A stretch of DNA of 40,016 nucleotides, from NCBI GenBank assembly GCA_016199585.1, contig JACQGM010000334.1:1-40016 (forward strand). The letters are read 5' to 3'. The stretch comes from Armatimonadota bacterium (GTDB lineage: Bacteria > Armatimonadota > JAAZEB01). Position 1 is the first letter of the stretch. Each line of letters starts with the position of its first letter. Shown here piece after piece: positions 27,769 to 35,821 of the stretch. Below the pieces are notes generated by a model that saw nothing but the letters and a program-made list of their open reading frames with translations, did not search any database and was not told the DNA's origin. Position numbers and translations under genes: made by a program.

Positions 27769-28535
27769 GTGGGGTGTGTGTCGCCCTGGGCTTCGTGGGC
27801 GGCGTCATCGCGGGGACGCTCGGGATCGGGGGCGGGATCATCATGGCGCCACTCCTGCTCTATGCGCCGCCGGTGCTGGGTGCAGGGCATCTCGATATGC
27901 GCGTGGTGGCCGGGCTGACCATGGTGCAGAGCCTGGCGGCCGCATCCTCGGGGGCTGTCGCCCACCGCCGCCAGGGGAGGGTTCAGCTCTCGCTGGTGGG
28001 ATGGCTCGGCGGCGCGGCCGGCGCGGGCGCTCTCGCCGGGGGCATCCTGTCCCACGCCGTGAGTAGTCGGACGCTGGCGATGTTGTTCGCCTCCCTGGCG
28101 CTGCTGGCGGTGGCATTGATGCTGCTGCCAGCGCCGCCGGCTGCGGACGAAGAGCACGTCCGTTTCAGCAAGGCGATCGGGATTCCCATGATGCTCGGCG
28201 TCGGCCTGCTGGGGGGCACGGTAGGCCAGAGCGGCGCCTTCCTCATCGTTCCGCTGATGTTGCGGGTCCTGCGAGTGCCGCTGCGCGCCACGGTGGGAAA
28301 CACCCTGGGCATCGTGTTCCTGACCGCCCTGGCAGGCGTGGCGGGGAGACTGGCGACGATGCAGATCGCCTGGCTGCCGGCGCTCGCGCTCGTGGCGGGC
28401 GCGTTTCCGGGCGCGCAACTGGGGGCCCGGCTGAGCGCGCGCATCCGAGGCCGCCATCTGCACGCGGCTTTGAGCCTGTTGATCGCGGCGACGGCGGCCA
28501 GGATGTGGTGGGACATTCTCGTTGGTCGCCTGTAG
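27765..28535 (+). CDS. TauE/SafE (TSUP) family membrane transporter
   Basis: Hydrophobic; GTLGIGGGII.AP and GTVGQSGAFLIVP repeats; overlaps the selD stop (GTGA). Confidence 0.9.
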   Translation: MSGVCVALGFVGGVIAGTLGIGGGIIMAPLLLYAPPVLGAGHLDMRVVAGLTMVQSLAAASSGAVAHRRQGRVQLSLVGWLGGAAGAGALAGGILSHAVSSRTLAMLFASLALLAVALMLLPAPPAADEEHVRFSKAIGIPMMLGVGLLGGTVGQSGAFLIVPLMLRVLRVPLRATVGNTLGIVFLTALAGVAGRLATMQIAWLPALALVAGAFPGAQLGARLSARIRGRHLHAALSLLIAATAARMWWDILVGRL

Positions 28536-28637
28536 TCTGTGCCGCGGCGGCGAGCAGGCGCTCCCACACCACTCCTGCCGCGGACGGTCGGTGGAGCTCG
28601 CTCTCCCTGCCCGGGGAGAGGAGGCCTGTCCCTCGCG

Positions 28638-28667
28638 TTGACACGCCCGGCGCCCCTGTGCTATACT
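28638..28667 (+). promoter_or_regulatory. sigma70-type promoter
   Basis: TTGACA-N18-TATACT with TG extension. Confidence 0.75.
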
Positions 28668-28828
28668 GACGGCGAGCGAACCCGGCAGGGAGGAGGATTC
28701 GGCGAGCGGCGCTCCCACCCCGGTCGTCTCGTTCACGGCTCGACGCGGCCGCCGGCCGTTCCCGCGCCGCACTCCGCCCCTTCGTCCCCCGCCGGTCACC
28801 GTCCGTACCGACAGACAGCGAGGGAAAC

Positions 28829-29926
28829 ATGCCCAACGTTTTCGGCAGAGAGTTCACCCGGGAGGAGCTGGAGCAACGCACCGGACGCATGGACCAGGTC
28901 TGCGGCGTCCGAGCCGCCGTGCTCACCGACGGGCGCGCCGCCGGGGTTCGCGTCGCCGACGTCTGGACCGGCAGCGGCCTGGAGTTCACCGTCCTCCTCG
29001 ACCGCGCGATGGACATTGGCGCGGCGCGCTGGCAAGGGAAGTCCCTCTGCTGGCGCTCGTCGGTCGGCGATGTCCACCCGGCTTACTTCGAGCCGGATGG
29101 CATCGGCTGGCTGCGCAGCTTCGGCGGCGACCTGATCACCACCTGCGGGCTCACCCAGGCAGGGGCGGCGGGTGTGGACGAGGGCCGGGCGCTCGGGCTG
29201 CACGGCCGCATCTCGAACCTGCCGGCGGAGAACGTCCACCTGGATGCGGCGTGGGATGATGACGGCCACTACGTCGTCTGGGCCGCGGGGAGGGTGCGCC
29301 AGGCGAGTGTCTTCGGCGAGAACGTGGTCCTCACCCGGCGGGTGTTCACCCAACTCGGGGAGAACCGCGTCTGGATCCACGACTCGGTGCGCAACGAAGG
29401 CTACGAGCGCGCCGAGCACATGCTGCTCTATCACGTCAACCTCGGCTTCCCGGTGGTGGACGACGGCACCGTCCTCGTCGCGCCCAGCCGGGCGGTGACT
29501 CCCCGCGACGCCGAGGCCGAGGAGGGAAAGGAGGCCTACGCCGAGTTTCGCGGGCCGCGCCGGGGGTATCGGGAGAAGGTCTACTACCACGAGATGCGCC
29601 CGGAGAGCGACGGACTGGTGCCGGTGGCGCTCGTGAATCGCCATGCGAACGCGGGCGCCGGTTTTGGCGTCTATCTGTTATACGGGCATCGAGAGCTGCC
29701 GCACTTCGTCGAATGGAAGATGCTGGGGCAGGGAACCTACGTGGTGGGTCTGGAGCCCGCAAACTGCCTGGTGGAGGGTCGGGCGAAGGAACGCGCCGAG
29801 GGCAGGCTGCAGTTTCTGGAGCCGGGGGAACAAAGGAATTACCGGCTTGAGATCGGCGTGCTGCCCTCACTGCTGGAGATCGCCGCCTTCGAGGAGCGCG
29901 TGGGAGCGATAGCGCGTAAGGAGTGA
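28829..29926 (+). CDS. aldose 1-epimerase-like protein (DUF4432)
   Basis: DRAMDIG, WLRSFGG.L.TTCG, LHGRISN.PA, LYHVNLGFP, YVVGLEPAN motifs. Confidence 0.88.
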   Translation: MPNVFGREFTREELEQRTGRMDQVCGVRAAVLTDGRAAGVRVADVWTGSGLEFTVLLDRAMDIGAARWQGKSLCWRSSVGDVHPAYFEPDGIGWLRSFGGDLITTCGLTQAGAAGVDEGRALGLHGRISNLPAENVHLDAAWDDDGHYVVWAAGRVRQASVFGENVVLTRRVFTQLGENRVWIHDSVRNEGYERAEHMLLYHVNLGFPVVDDGTVLVAPSRAVTPRDAEAEEGKEAYAEFRGPRRGYREKVYYHEMRPESDGLVPVALVNRHANAGAGFGVYLLYGHRELPHFVEWKMLGQGTYVVGLEPANCLVEGRAKERAEGRLQFLEPGEQRNYRLEIGVLPSLLEIAAFEERVGAIARKE

Positions 29927-29999
29927 TCCGTAATCACGCGTGTGCGCTCGGCATTACGCACTACGCATTACCCAGGACCCCTGCCCGGGAGGATGGGCG

Positions 30000-30560
30000 A
30001 TGGAGAGAAAGCGGACGGCAGGAGCGATGGCTGGAGCCGCTCTTGCCGCCGCAGTGGTCGGAGAGATGCTCCGGCGCAACGGGTATTCGGTCAGCGTGCG
30101 CCTGCAGCGGTTGGTGAAGGCCGACCCGAAGGCGATCATCGAACTGGTGAGCCACGTGGAGCGCGAGACGGAACTCATCCCTTCAGTTCGCAAGGTGACG
30201 ATCCTGGAGACGTCGCCCGAAGCGGTGCGCTACCGCGTGGACGGGTCCAGCCCCCTCGGGCCGTGGTGGTCCCTCTACCACAAGTGGTGGGACTACGAGG
30301 CCAACAGTGTGGGATGGGCCAGCGACAAGGGGTCGTTCGGCCTGCGCCAGCGCGGCCAGCTCAACCTGGAGCCGACGCCGGCGGGCACGGAGATCATCCT
30401 CACCTCGGAGTACACCTCCGAGTGGCCGGTGCTCGGCCCGGCCATCGCCGCCGCTGGCCGGGGGCTGCTGGTGGAGCCGAGCTTCAGCGCCTGGCTGGAC
30501 AACATCGCCGCCGCCCTGGAGGGGGAGGGCCAGGCGCGCGAGGAGCGGGCCGCGGACTGA
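30000..30560 (+). CDS. SRPBCC / polyketide-cyclase-like lipid-binding fold protein
   Basis: RBS GGAGG then ATG 30000; START-like pattern (V.ADP..I..LVS.VE....IPSV..V.IL) and a C-terminal helix. Confidence 0.7.
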   Translation: MERKRTAGAMAGAALAAAVVGEMLRRNGYSVSVRLQRLVKADPKAIIELVSHVERETELIPSVRKVTILETSPEAVRYRVDGSSPLGPWWSLYHKWWDYEANSVGWASDKGSFGLRQRGQLNLEPTPAGTEIILTSEYTSEWPVLGPAIAAAGRGLLVEPSFSAWLDNIAAALEGEGQAREERAAD

Positions 30561-30580
30561 CGGGTTCGGCGGAGATGGTA

Positions 30581-30608
30581 GACGGGGCGGGGTCTTCCTC
30601 GCCCCGTC
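30581..30608 (+). terminator. GC-rich hairpin after the SRPBCC gene
   Basis: GACGGGGCGGGG-TCTT-CCTCGCCCCGTC; no U-tract. Confidence 0.35.
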
Positions 30609-30734
30609 GCTCTGTACGGGGGCGCAGAAGTTGGGGCGAGGGTGGGCGAAGGGGATGGTGTGCCTCCTGTCCGGCACCCGCGAATGAACACGTATTGAAA
30701 TAGTCGCTGAGCAGTGACATGCGATCCATGCATC

Positions 30735-30763
30735 TTGACATCCTCGCACCATGATGCTATGAT
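30735..30763 (+). promoter_or_regulatory. sigma70 promoter of a leaderless vapBC operon with overlapping operator repeats
   Basis: TTGACA-N17-TATGAT; ATG only 6 nt after the -10; ATGATGC repeated at 30751 and 30759. Confidence 0.8.
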
Positions 30764-30769
30764 GCCACC

Positions 30770-30994
30770 ATGAGGACCACCGTGACGCTGGATGATGACG
30801 TGCTGCGGGCGGCCAGAAGCCTCGCGAGGGCCCGGTCGGTCAGCCTCGGTGCGGCGCTCTCCGAGTTGGCGCGGCGGGGCCTGCGGGAGGACCAGACCAT
30901 CGTGGCCGACGATGGCCTGCCCGTCTTCCGCGTGCCGCCGGGCGCCCGGCCGATCACGCTGGAGGATGTGAGGAAGCTGGAGGATGAGGCATGA
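30770..30994 (+). CDS. vapB: ribbon-helix-helix antitoxin (VapB type)
   Basis: MRTTVTLDDDVL...SLG.ALSELARRGL; ATGA overlap with the PIN gene. Confidence 0.88.
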   Translation: MRTTVTLDDDVLRAARSLARARSVSLGAALSELARRGLREDQTIVADDGLPVFRVPPGARPITLEDVRKLEDEA

Positions 30995-31437
30995 GCGCCT
31001 TCCTGCCGGATGTGAACGTGCTGATCGCCTTTGCCTGGCCCTCGCACGTGCACCATCGCCTGGCGCGCGCCTGGTTCGCCCGGAGTGCGGCGGCGGGTTG
31101 GGCGACCTGCCCGTTCACGCAGTCCGGCTTCGTCCGCATCTCGTCGAACCCGAGGATCGTTGACGGCGCGGTCACACCTCGGGAGGCGCTCGCTCTCCTG
31201 CGGCAGATGACCGAGATCGGCCGGCACGCCTTCTGGCCGGATGACCTCGACTTCACCCGCCCCGCCGACGTGCCCACGGGTCTGCTGGTGGAACGCCGCC
31301 AGGCCACCGATGCCTACCTGCTGGGGCTGGCAATTCGGAGGGGCGGCCGGCTCGTCACGCTGGATCGGTCGGTTGCTGACCTGCTGCCCGCCGCTTCCGC
31401 GCACCGGGGCGTGATCAAGGTGATCCCGATCACCTGA
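30991..31437 (+). CDS. vapC: PIN-domain toxin, VapC family (mycobacterial-type)
   Basis: LPDVNVLIA...H.HH..A..WF, CPFTQSGFVRISSNP, TDAYLLGLA, LVTLD. Confidence 0.92.
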   Translation: MSAFLPDVNVLIAFAWPSHVHHRLARAWFARSAAAGWATCPFTQSGFVRISSNPRIVDGAVTPREALALLRQMTEIGRHAFWPDDLDFTRPADVPTGLLVERRQATDAYLLGLAIRRGGRLVTLDRSVADLLPAASAHRGVIKVIPIT

Positions 31438-31450
31438 CAGGGAGAACGCG

Positions 31451-32647
31451 ATGAGCCGCCGCTGGATGCGCTATGGTCTCCCCGCCCTGCTGGTGGCGGC
31501 CGGGGCGGGGCTGTGGTGGGGGGACGTGCGGGTGCCGCCGGCGTTCTGGGTGCAGGCGATGCGAGACCCGAAGGACCCCCGCACGGTGGTGCTGCGCTAC
31601 CCGGGGACGGTGGACGTGGAGGTGACGCCGGATGGGGAGCGACTGCAGCGCCAAAGGCCGATCCGCTGCTCCATGGTACAGGGGTACGTTCAGCGCTGGT
31701 GCCTCTCTCCTGACGGACGAACGCTGATATGTGCTTCAGAGGACTGGTCCGCCTACGCCGCCGGCAGGAGTGCCAGTCCCGGCAGTCTGGCCTTCTGGGA
31801 AACGCGCACGGGGAAGGTTATCCGGCGCGTGCCCGTGTCCCAGGAGTTTGAGGCGTTGACCTGTTCTCCGAATAACCGGTTGCTTGCAGGGAAGACGACT
31901 GACACCCGTTCATCACGCGCGCACGACCGGGTGTGCATCTGGGACCTCGGAAGCGGTCGAATCGTTCGCGAGCTGCCAGTCGCGGGGCTTGGCACGCACG
32001 CATTCTCGAATGATAGCGGCGTAGTTGCTGTTGAAGGCGAAGGACCGTCTGTGACGCTCTATGACACCACGACCTGGCGTCCTCGCGCTGTGCTGAGAGA
32101 CGCTTGGGGGCAGTCGGGAATGCTCGTTCGTCGGCGCTCCTACGTCTGCGGCATCACCTTCTCCCCGAATGGGGGCCGGATGGCTGTCGCCACGTGTCGG
32201 GCATCCGGGATCGACGCTTGGGAGGGAGCCGTGACGGTATGGGATATGGCGACCGGCCGTCTCGTCTCCAGCACCATCCAGTGCCCGGTTGACCCATACA
32301 CCGAAGCCACGTTCCTCGGCGAAGACACACTCGCGGTAGGTGGGCGGCGATTCAGCGTGGCTCGGCCGGATACAGCGCCCGAGGACCTGATCGCCGCGCC
32401 GGGCAGACAACTCATCGACTTCCTCTCCGTCCCCGAGGGCCTCGCCATGTACCACGTTGACGGGCAGAGCGACACTCTGGAGGTATGGAACGTGCGGACA
32501 AAGAAGCGACAGCATCGCTGGCGCGGTGCGGCGTGCTACACGGAAGTAGGGTTCGGCGGCTGGAGAGCATACCCGGTTCCAGGGGCGCTGCTGGTGGTGG
32601 AGGAACCCCGGCACGACAGCTTCATCACGGTGCGCCGCCTGGAGTAG
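31451..32647 (+). CDS. membrane-anchored WD40/beta-propeller protein
   Basis: N-terminal hydrophobic segment; repeated SPDG/SPNN/FSND/FSPNG and IWD/VWD/VWN blades. Confidence 0.75.
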   Translation: MSRRWMRYGLPALLVAAGAGLWWGDVRVPPAFWVQAMRDPKDPRTVVLRYPGTVDVEVTPDGERLQRQRPIRCSMVQGYVQRWCLSPDGRTLICASEDWSAYAAGRSASPGSLAFWETRTGKVIRRVPVSQEFEALTCSPNNRLLAGKTTDTRSSRAHDRVCIWDLGSGRIVRELPVAGLGTHAFSNDSGVVAVEGEGPSVTLYDTTTWRPRAVLRDAWGQSGMLVRRRSYVCGITFSPNGGRMAVATCRASGIDAWEGAVTVWDMATGRLVSSTIQCPVDPYTEATFLGEDTLAVGGRRFSVARPDTAPEDLIAAPGRQLIDFLSVPEGLAMYHVDGQSDTLEVWNVRTKKRQHRWRGAACYTEVGFGGWRAYPVPGALLVVEEPRHDSFITVRRLE

Positions 32648-32784
32648 CCGCCGCACAGCAGGCCCCACCCGCCCGCCAGGAACCCACCCCCACCAGGGCG
32701 AAGAAGACTCCGGGACGGGGCCCGGACCGGGAGCGCCGCCGGCGTTCTCTCGCGGCTTCTGGCGCCGTCCTTGTGGAGACAGTG

Positions 32785-33882
32785 ATGACCCAGACCAGCA
32801 GCCTTGTGAGCACCCCCATCACCCCCGACTGGCAGAGCCTGGTGCGCTGCATCCGGCGCGAGGGCACCCCCCGGCGGGTCCACCATATCGAGCTCCTCCT
32901 GGACGCCGAGATCCAGACCGCCGTCTGCGAGCGCTTCGGGCTCCTCGCCGGCCTCGATCCTTTTGATCCCTTCTATGCCCAGAAGCGCCTGGTGGCCGTG
33001 CAGCGCTTCCTCGGCTACGACTACGTGCGCTGCGGGCTGGAGGGGATGGCCTGGCCCCTCAATCGCGCCGAGGTCGAGGACACCGCCGTCCACAAGCGCG
33101 CCGCCGGGCGCAGCTTCGTGGACGAGCACCGCGGGCCGATCACCACCCGGGAGGAGTTCGAGCGCTACCCCTGGCCCGACGCCGAGACCGCCAGCACCCG
33201 CTCGCTGGAGTGGTACTCCGAGAACCTCCCCGAGGGGATGTGCATCATCGCCAGCGGCGGGTTCGCCCACTTCGCCGAGCACCTCGCCTGGCTCCCCGGT
33301 TACGAGACCCTCTGCTACCTCCTCTACGACCAGCGCGACCTGGTGAAGGCGATCGCCGACCGGCTGACCGACATCTTCGAGACCTCCCTCCGGCGCATGC
33401 TCCAGTTCGAGCGCGCGAAGATCATCTGGGGCAGCGACGATATGGGCTTCCGCTCCGGCACGCTCATCAGCCCCGACGACCTGCGCGAGTTCGTGCTCCC
33501 GGGCCACAAGCTGATGGCGCAGATGGCGCACGCCGCCGGCCGCCCCTACCTGCTCCACTCCTGCGGCAACCTCAGCGCGATCATGGACGACCTGCTCGAC
33601 GACGTGGGCATTGATGCCAAGCACTCCTTCGAGGACACGATCGAGGACGTGCGCGAGCTGAAGGGGAGCTACGGGCGCCGGATCGCTCTCCTGGGCGGCA
33701 TTGACGTGGACTTCCTCTGCCGCGCCGACGAGGCCGCCATCCGCCGCCGCGTCCGCGACACCCTGGAGAAGTGCCATCCCGGCGGAGGCTACTGCCTCGG
33801 CACCGGCAACAGCGTCGCCAACTACATCCCCGTCGAGAACTACCTGACGATGCTGGACGAAGGCCGGCGGTTCACTGGGTGA
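32785..33882 (+). CDS. uroporphyrinogen decarboxylase (UroD/MtaA-CmuA) family protein
   Basis: SDDMGFRSGTLISP, LLHSCGN, HSFED, LGGIDVD, GGYCLGTGNS; ATG 32785 with RBS GGAG. Confidence 0.9.
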   Translation: MTQTSSLVSTPITPDWQSLVRCIRREGTPRRVHHIELLLDAEIQTAVCERFGLLAGLDPFDPFYAQKRLVAVQRFLGYDYVRCGLEGMAWPLNRAEVEDTAVHKRAAGRSFVDEHRGPITTREEFERYPWPDAETASTRSLEWYSENLPEGMCIIASGGFAHFAEHLAWLPGYETLCYLLYDQRDLVKAIADRLTDIFETSLRRMLQFERAKIIWGSDDMGFRSGTLISPDDLREFVLPGHKLMAQMAHAAGRPYLLHSCGNLSAIMDDLLDDVGIDAKHSFEDTIEDVRELKGSYGRRIALLGGIDVDFLCRADEAAIRRRVRDTLEKCHPGGGYCLGTGNSVANYIPVENYLTMLDEGRRFTG

Positions 33883-33937
33883 GGAGGATCCGCGCCCTCC
33901 CTGGCGAACGCACTCTATGAGCCTAACGAAGGTGTCT

Positions 33938-34131
33938 TCACCACAGAGGGCGACAGAGGCTGGGACTCACAGGGTTTCATCTTCAGCGTGCGGATGAGGG
34001 GGCGGTGTCCGGCTTCGTCATCGCGCGCGTGATCGTACCCGCGATCAGTGGCGGAGCGGCAGGCTGGCGGCTGCGAACCCGACAGATGCTCTCGTGCGCC
34101 CCTCAGTGTTCCTCAGAGTCCTCTGTGGTGA
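33938..34131. repeat. inverted-repeat-bounded intergenic element with degenerate ~9-bp subrepeats
   Basis: TCACCACAGAGG (33938-33949) and CCTCTGTGGTGA (34120-34131) form a perfect 12-bp inverted repeat; ACAGAGG/CCTCAG subrepeats lie inside each end. Confidence 0.6.
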
Positions 34132-34220
34132 GAGGCCTTTCCGGGCCGGGTTGGACGTGCGATTCGCGTTCATTCGCGGTTGAGCGCGGTTGCGGAATAG
34201 AGGAGGGTTTGCAGGCTACC

Positions 34221-35786
34221 ATGACAGATGAGGATGCCGGACGGGATGCGTTGTTGGAGAGCCTCCACAACCTGGAGGCGCGTGCCCTGTCGGCATTGGA
34301 GAAGAGCACCCGGGCGGACGAGCGCGCCCTCGTGGAGGCGACCGGCCTCCACGAGGCGCAGGTGCGTACCGCGATGGGCTGGCTGTTGAGTAAGAACCTG
34401 GTCGAGGTGGCGCGCGAGGAGACGCGCCGCGAGGTGCGCCTCACCGACGCCGGGCGCGACACCGTGGCGCGCGGCACCCCCGAGGAGCGCATCTGGAAGC
34501 GCCTCCGCTCGGCCGGGCCGACGCAGATGGACGCGCTGATGGAAGCGTCCGGCGTCGAGAAGGAGGATCGGAGCGGTGCCGTCGGCACGCTGCGCGCCGC
34601 CAAGGCGATCACTATCGGCCCCGGCGGCATCGTCGCGGCCCCCGACGGCCCGGAGCCGGAGGCGATCGCGCGTGACCGCGGCCTCCTGCGCGCCGCCCAG
34701 GAGCGCGAGCCGGCGCCCCTGGAGAGCTTTGCCGCCGCGGAGCAGCAGCGCCTGCAGGAGATGGCAGGCGGCAAGCGCAAGGGGAAGGGCCTGGTCTCCA
34801 TTGACCTGCGCCGCGAGCGCACGTTCGTGCTGACCCCGGAGGGACAGGCGATCGCGCGCCTTCTCGCCGAGCGCGGCTTCCGCGAGGAGGTCTCGCAGCT
34901 CACGCCGGAGATGCTGCAGGACGGCTCGTGGCGCAACGTGCGCTTCCGCTCCTACTACATCGGGCTGCAGCCCCCGCGCAGTCTGGCCGGGAAGAAAAAC
35001 TCCTACGGGCAGTTCCTCTCCTTCGTGCGCAGCAAGCTGCTGGCGATGGGCTTCACCGAGATGCGCGGCTCCATGGTCGAGAACGAGTTCTGGGACATGG
35101 ACGCCCTCTACATGCCCCAGTTCCACCCGGCGCGCAACGTCCACGATGTCTACTACGTGAAGGAGCCGGAGTACTCCGACCCGGTGGCCGAGCCCTTCGC
35201 CTCGCGCGTGGCGGCCGCGCACGAGAACGGCGGCGACACCGGCTCGCGCGGCTGGGAGTACCGCTTCGATCCCCTGCGCAGCCGGCGGCTGATCCTGCGC
35301 TCGCAGGGCACGGCGCTCTCGGCGCGCGCGCTCGCCTCCGGCCCGAAGGTGCCGGGGAAGTACTTCGCCATCGCCCGCTGCTTCCGCTACGACCAGGTGG
35401 ATGCCACCCACGCCAGCGACTTCTTCCAGGTGGAGGGGATCGTCCTGGCGGAGAAGGTGAACTTCCGCACGCTGCTAGGCCTGCTGAAGCTGTTCGCCGT
35501 GGAGATCGCCCGCGCCACCGAGGTCGAGTTCGCGCCGGCCTATTTCCCGTTCACCGAGCCCTCGGTGGAGATGCACGCCCGGCACCCAAGCCTGGGCTGG
35601 ATGGAGCTGGGCGGCGCCGGCCTCTTCCGCCCGGAGGTGAGAGAGCCGCTCGGCGTGAATGTGCCGGTCATCGCCTGGGGCCTGGGCATCGACCGCATGG
35701 CGATGCTCGCCCTCGGCCTCCACGACATTCGCGATCTCTTCTCCGCGGACCTGGACCTGGTGCGGACGCGGAAGTCGGTGCTATAG
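34221..35786 (+). CDS. pheS: phenylalanine--tRNA ligase alpha subunit, archaeal/eukaryotic type
   Basis: 521 aa with long N-terminal helical extension; FWDMDALYMPQFHPAR, FRYDQVDATH..DFFQVEG, YFPFTEPS, ELGGAGLFRPE, AWGLGIDR. Confidence 0.96.
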   Translation: MTDEDAGRDALLESLHNLEARALSALEKSTRADERALVEATGLHEAQVRTAMGWLLSKNLVEVAREETRREVRLTDAGRDTVARGTPEERIWKRLRSAGPTQMDALMEASGVEKEDRSGAVGTLRAAKAITIGPGGIVAAPDGPEPEAIARDRGLLRAAQEREPAPLESFAAAEQQRLQEMAGGKRKGKGLVSIDLRRERTFVLTPEGQAIARLLAERGFREEVSQLTPEMLQDGSWRNVRFRSYYIGLQPPRSLAGKKNSYGQFLSFVRSKLLAMGFTEMRGSMVENEFWDMDALYMPQFHPARNVHDVYYVKEPEYSDPVAEPFASRVAAAHENGGDTGSRGWEYRFDPLRSRRLILRSQGTALSARALASGPKVPGKYFAIARCFRYDQVDATHASDFFQVEGIVLAEKVNFRTLLGLLKLFAVEIARATEVEFAPAYFPFTEPSVEMHARHPSLGWMELGGAGLFRPEVREPLGVNVPVIAWGLGIDRMAMLALGLHDIRDLFSADLDLVRTRKSVL

Positions 35787-35821
35787 GCGTTGAACGTTGA
35801 ACGTCCGCCCGGAGTGATACC

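Noticed and set aside
29913-29971. Short heptamer repeats (CATTACG/CACTACG; also CGTTGAA x2 at 35788) as CRISPR or functional array
   Set aside because: Only two or three degenerate 7-bp units with no spacers; simple intergenic microrepeats.
33883-34220. T-box riboswitch or PheM-type attenuator upstream of pheS
   Set aside because: No GGTGGNACCGCG T-box sequence, U-tailed terminator or Phe-rich leader peptide found.
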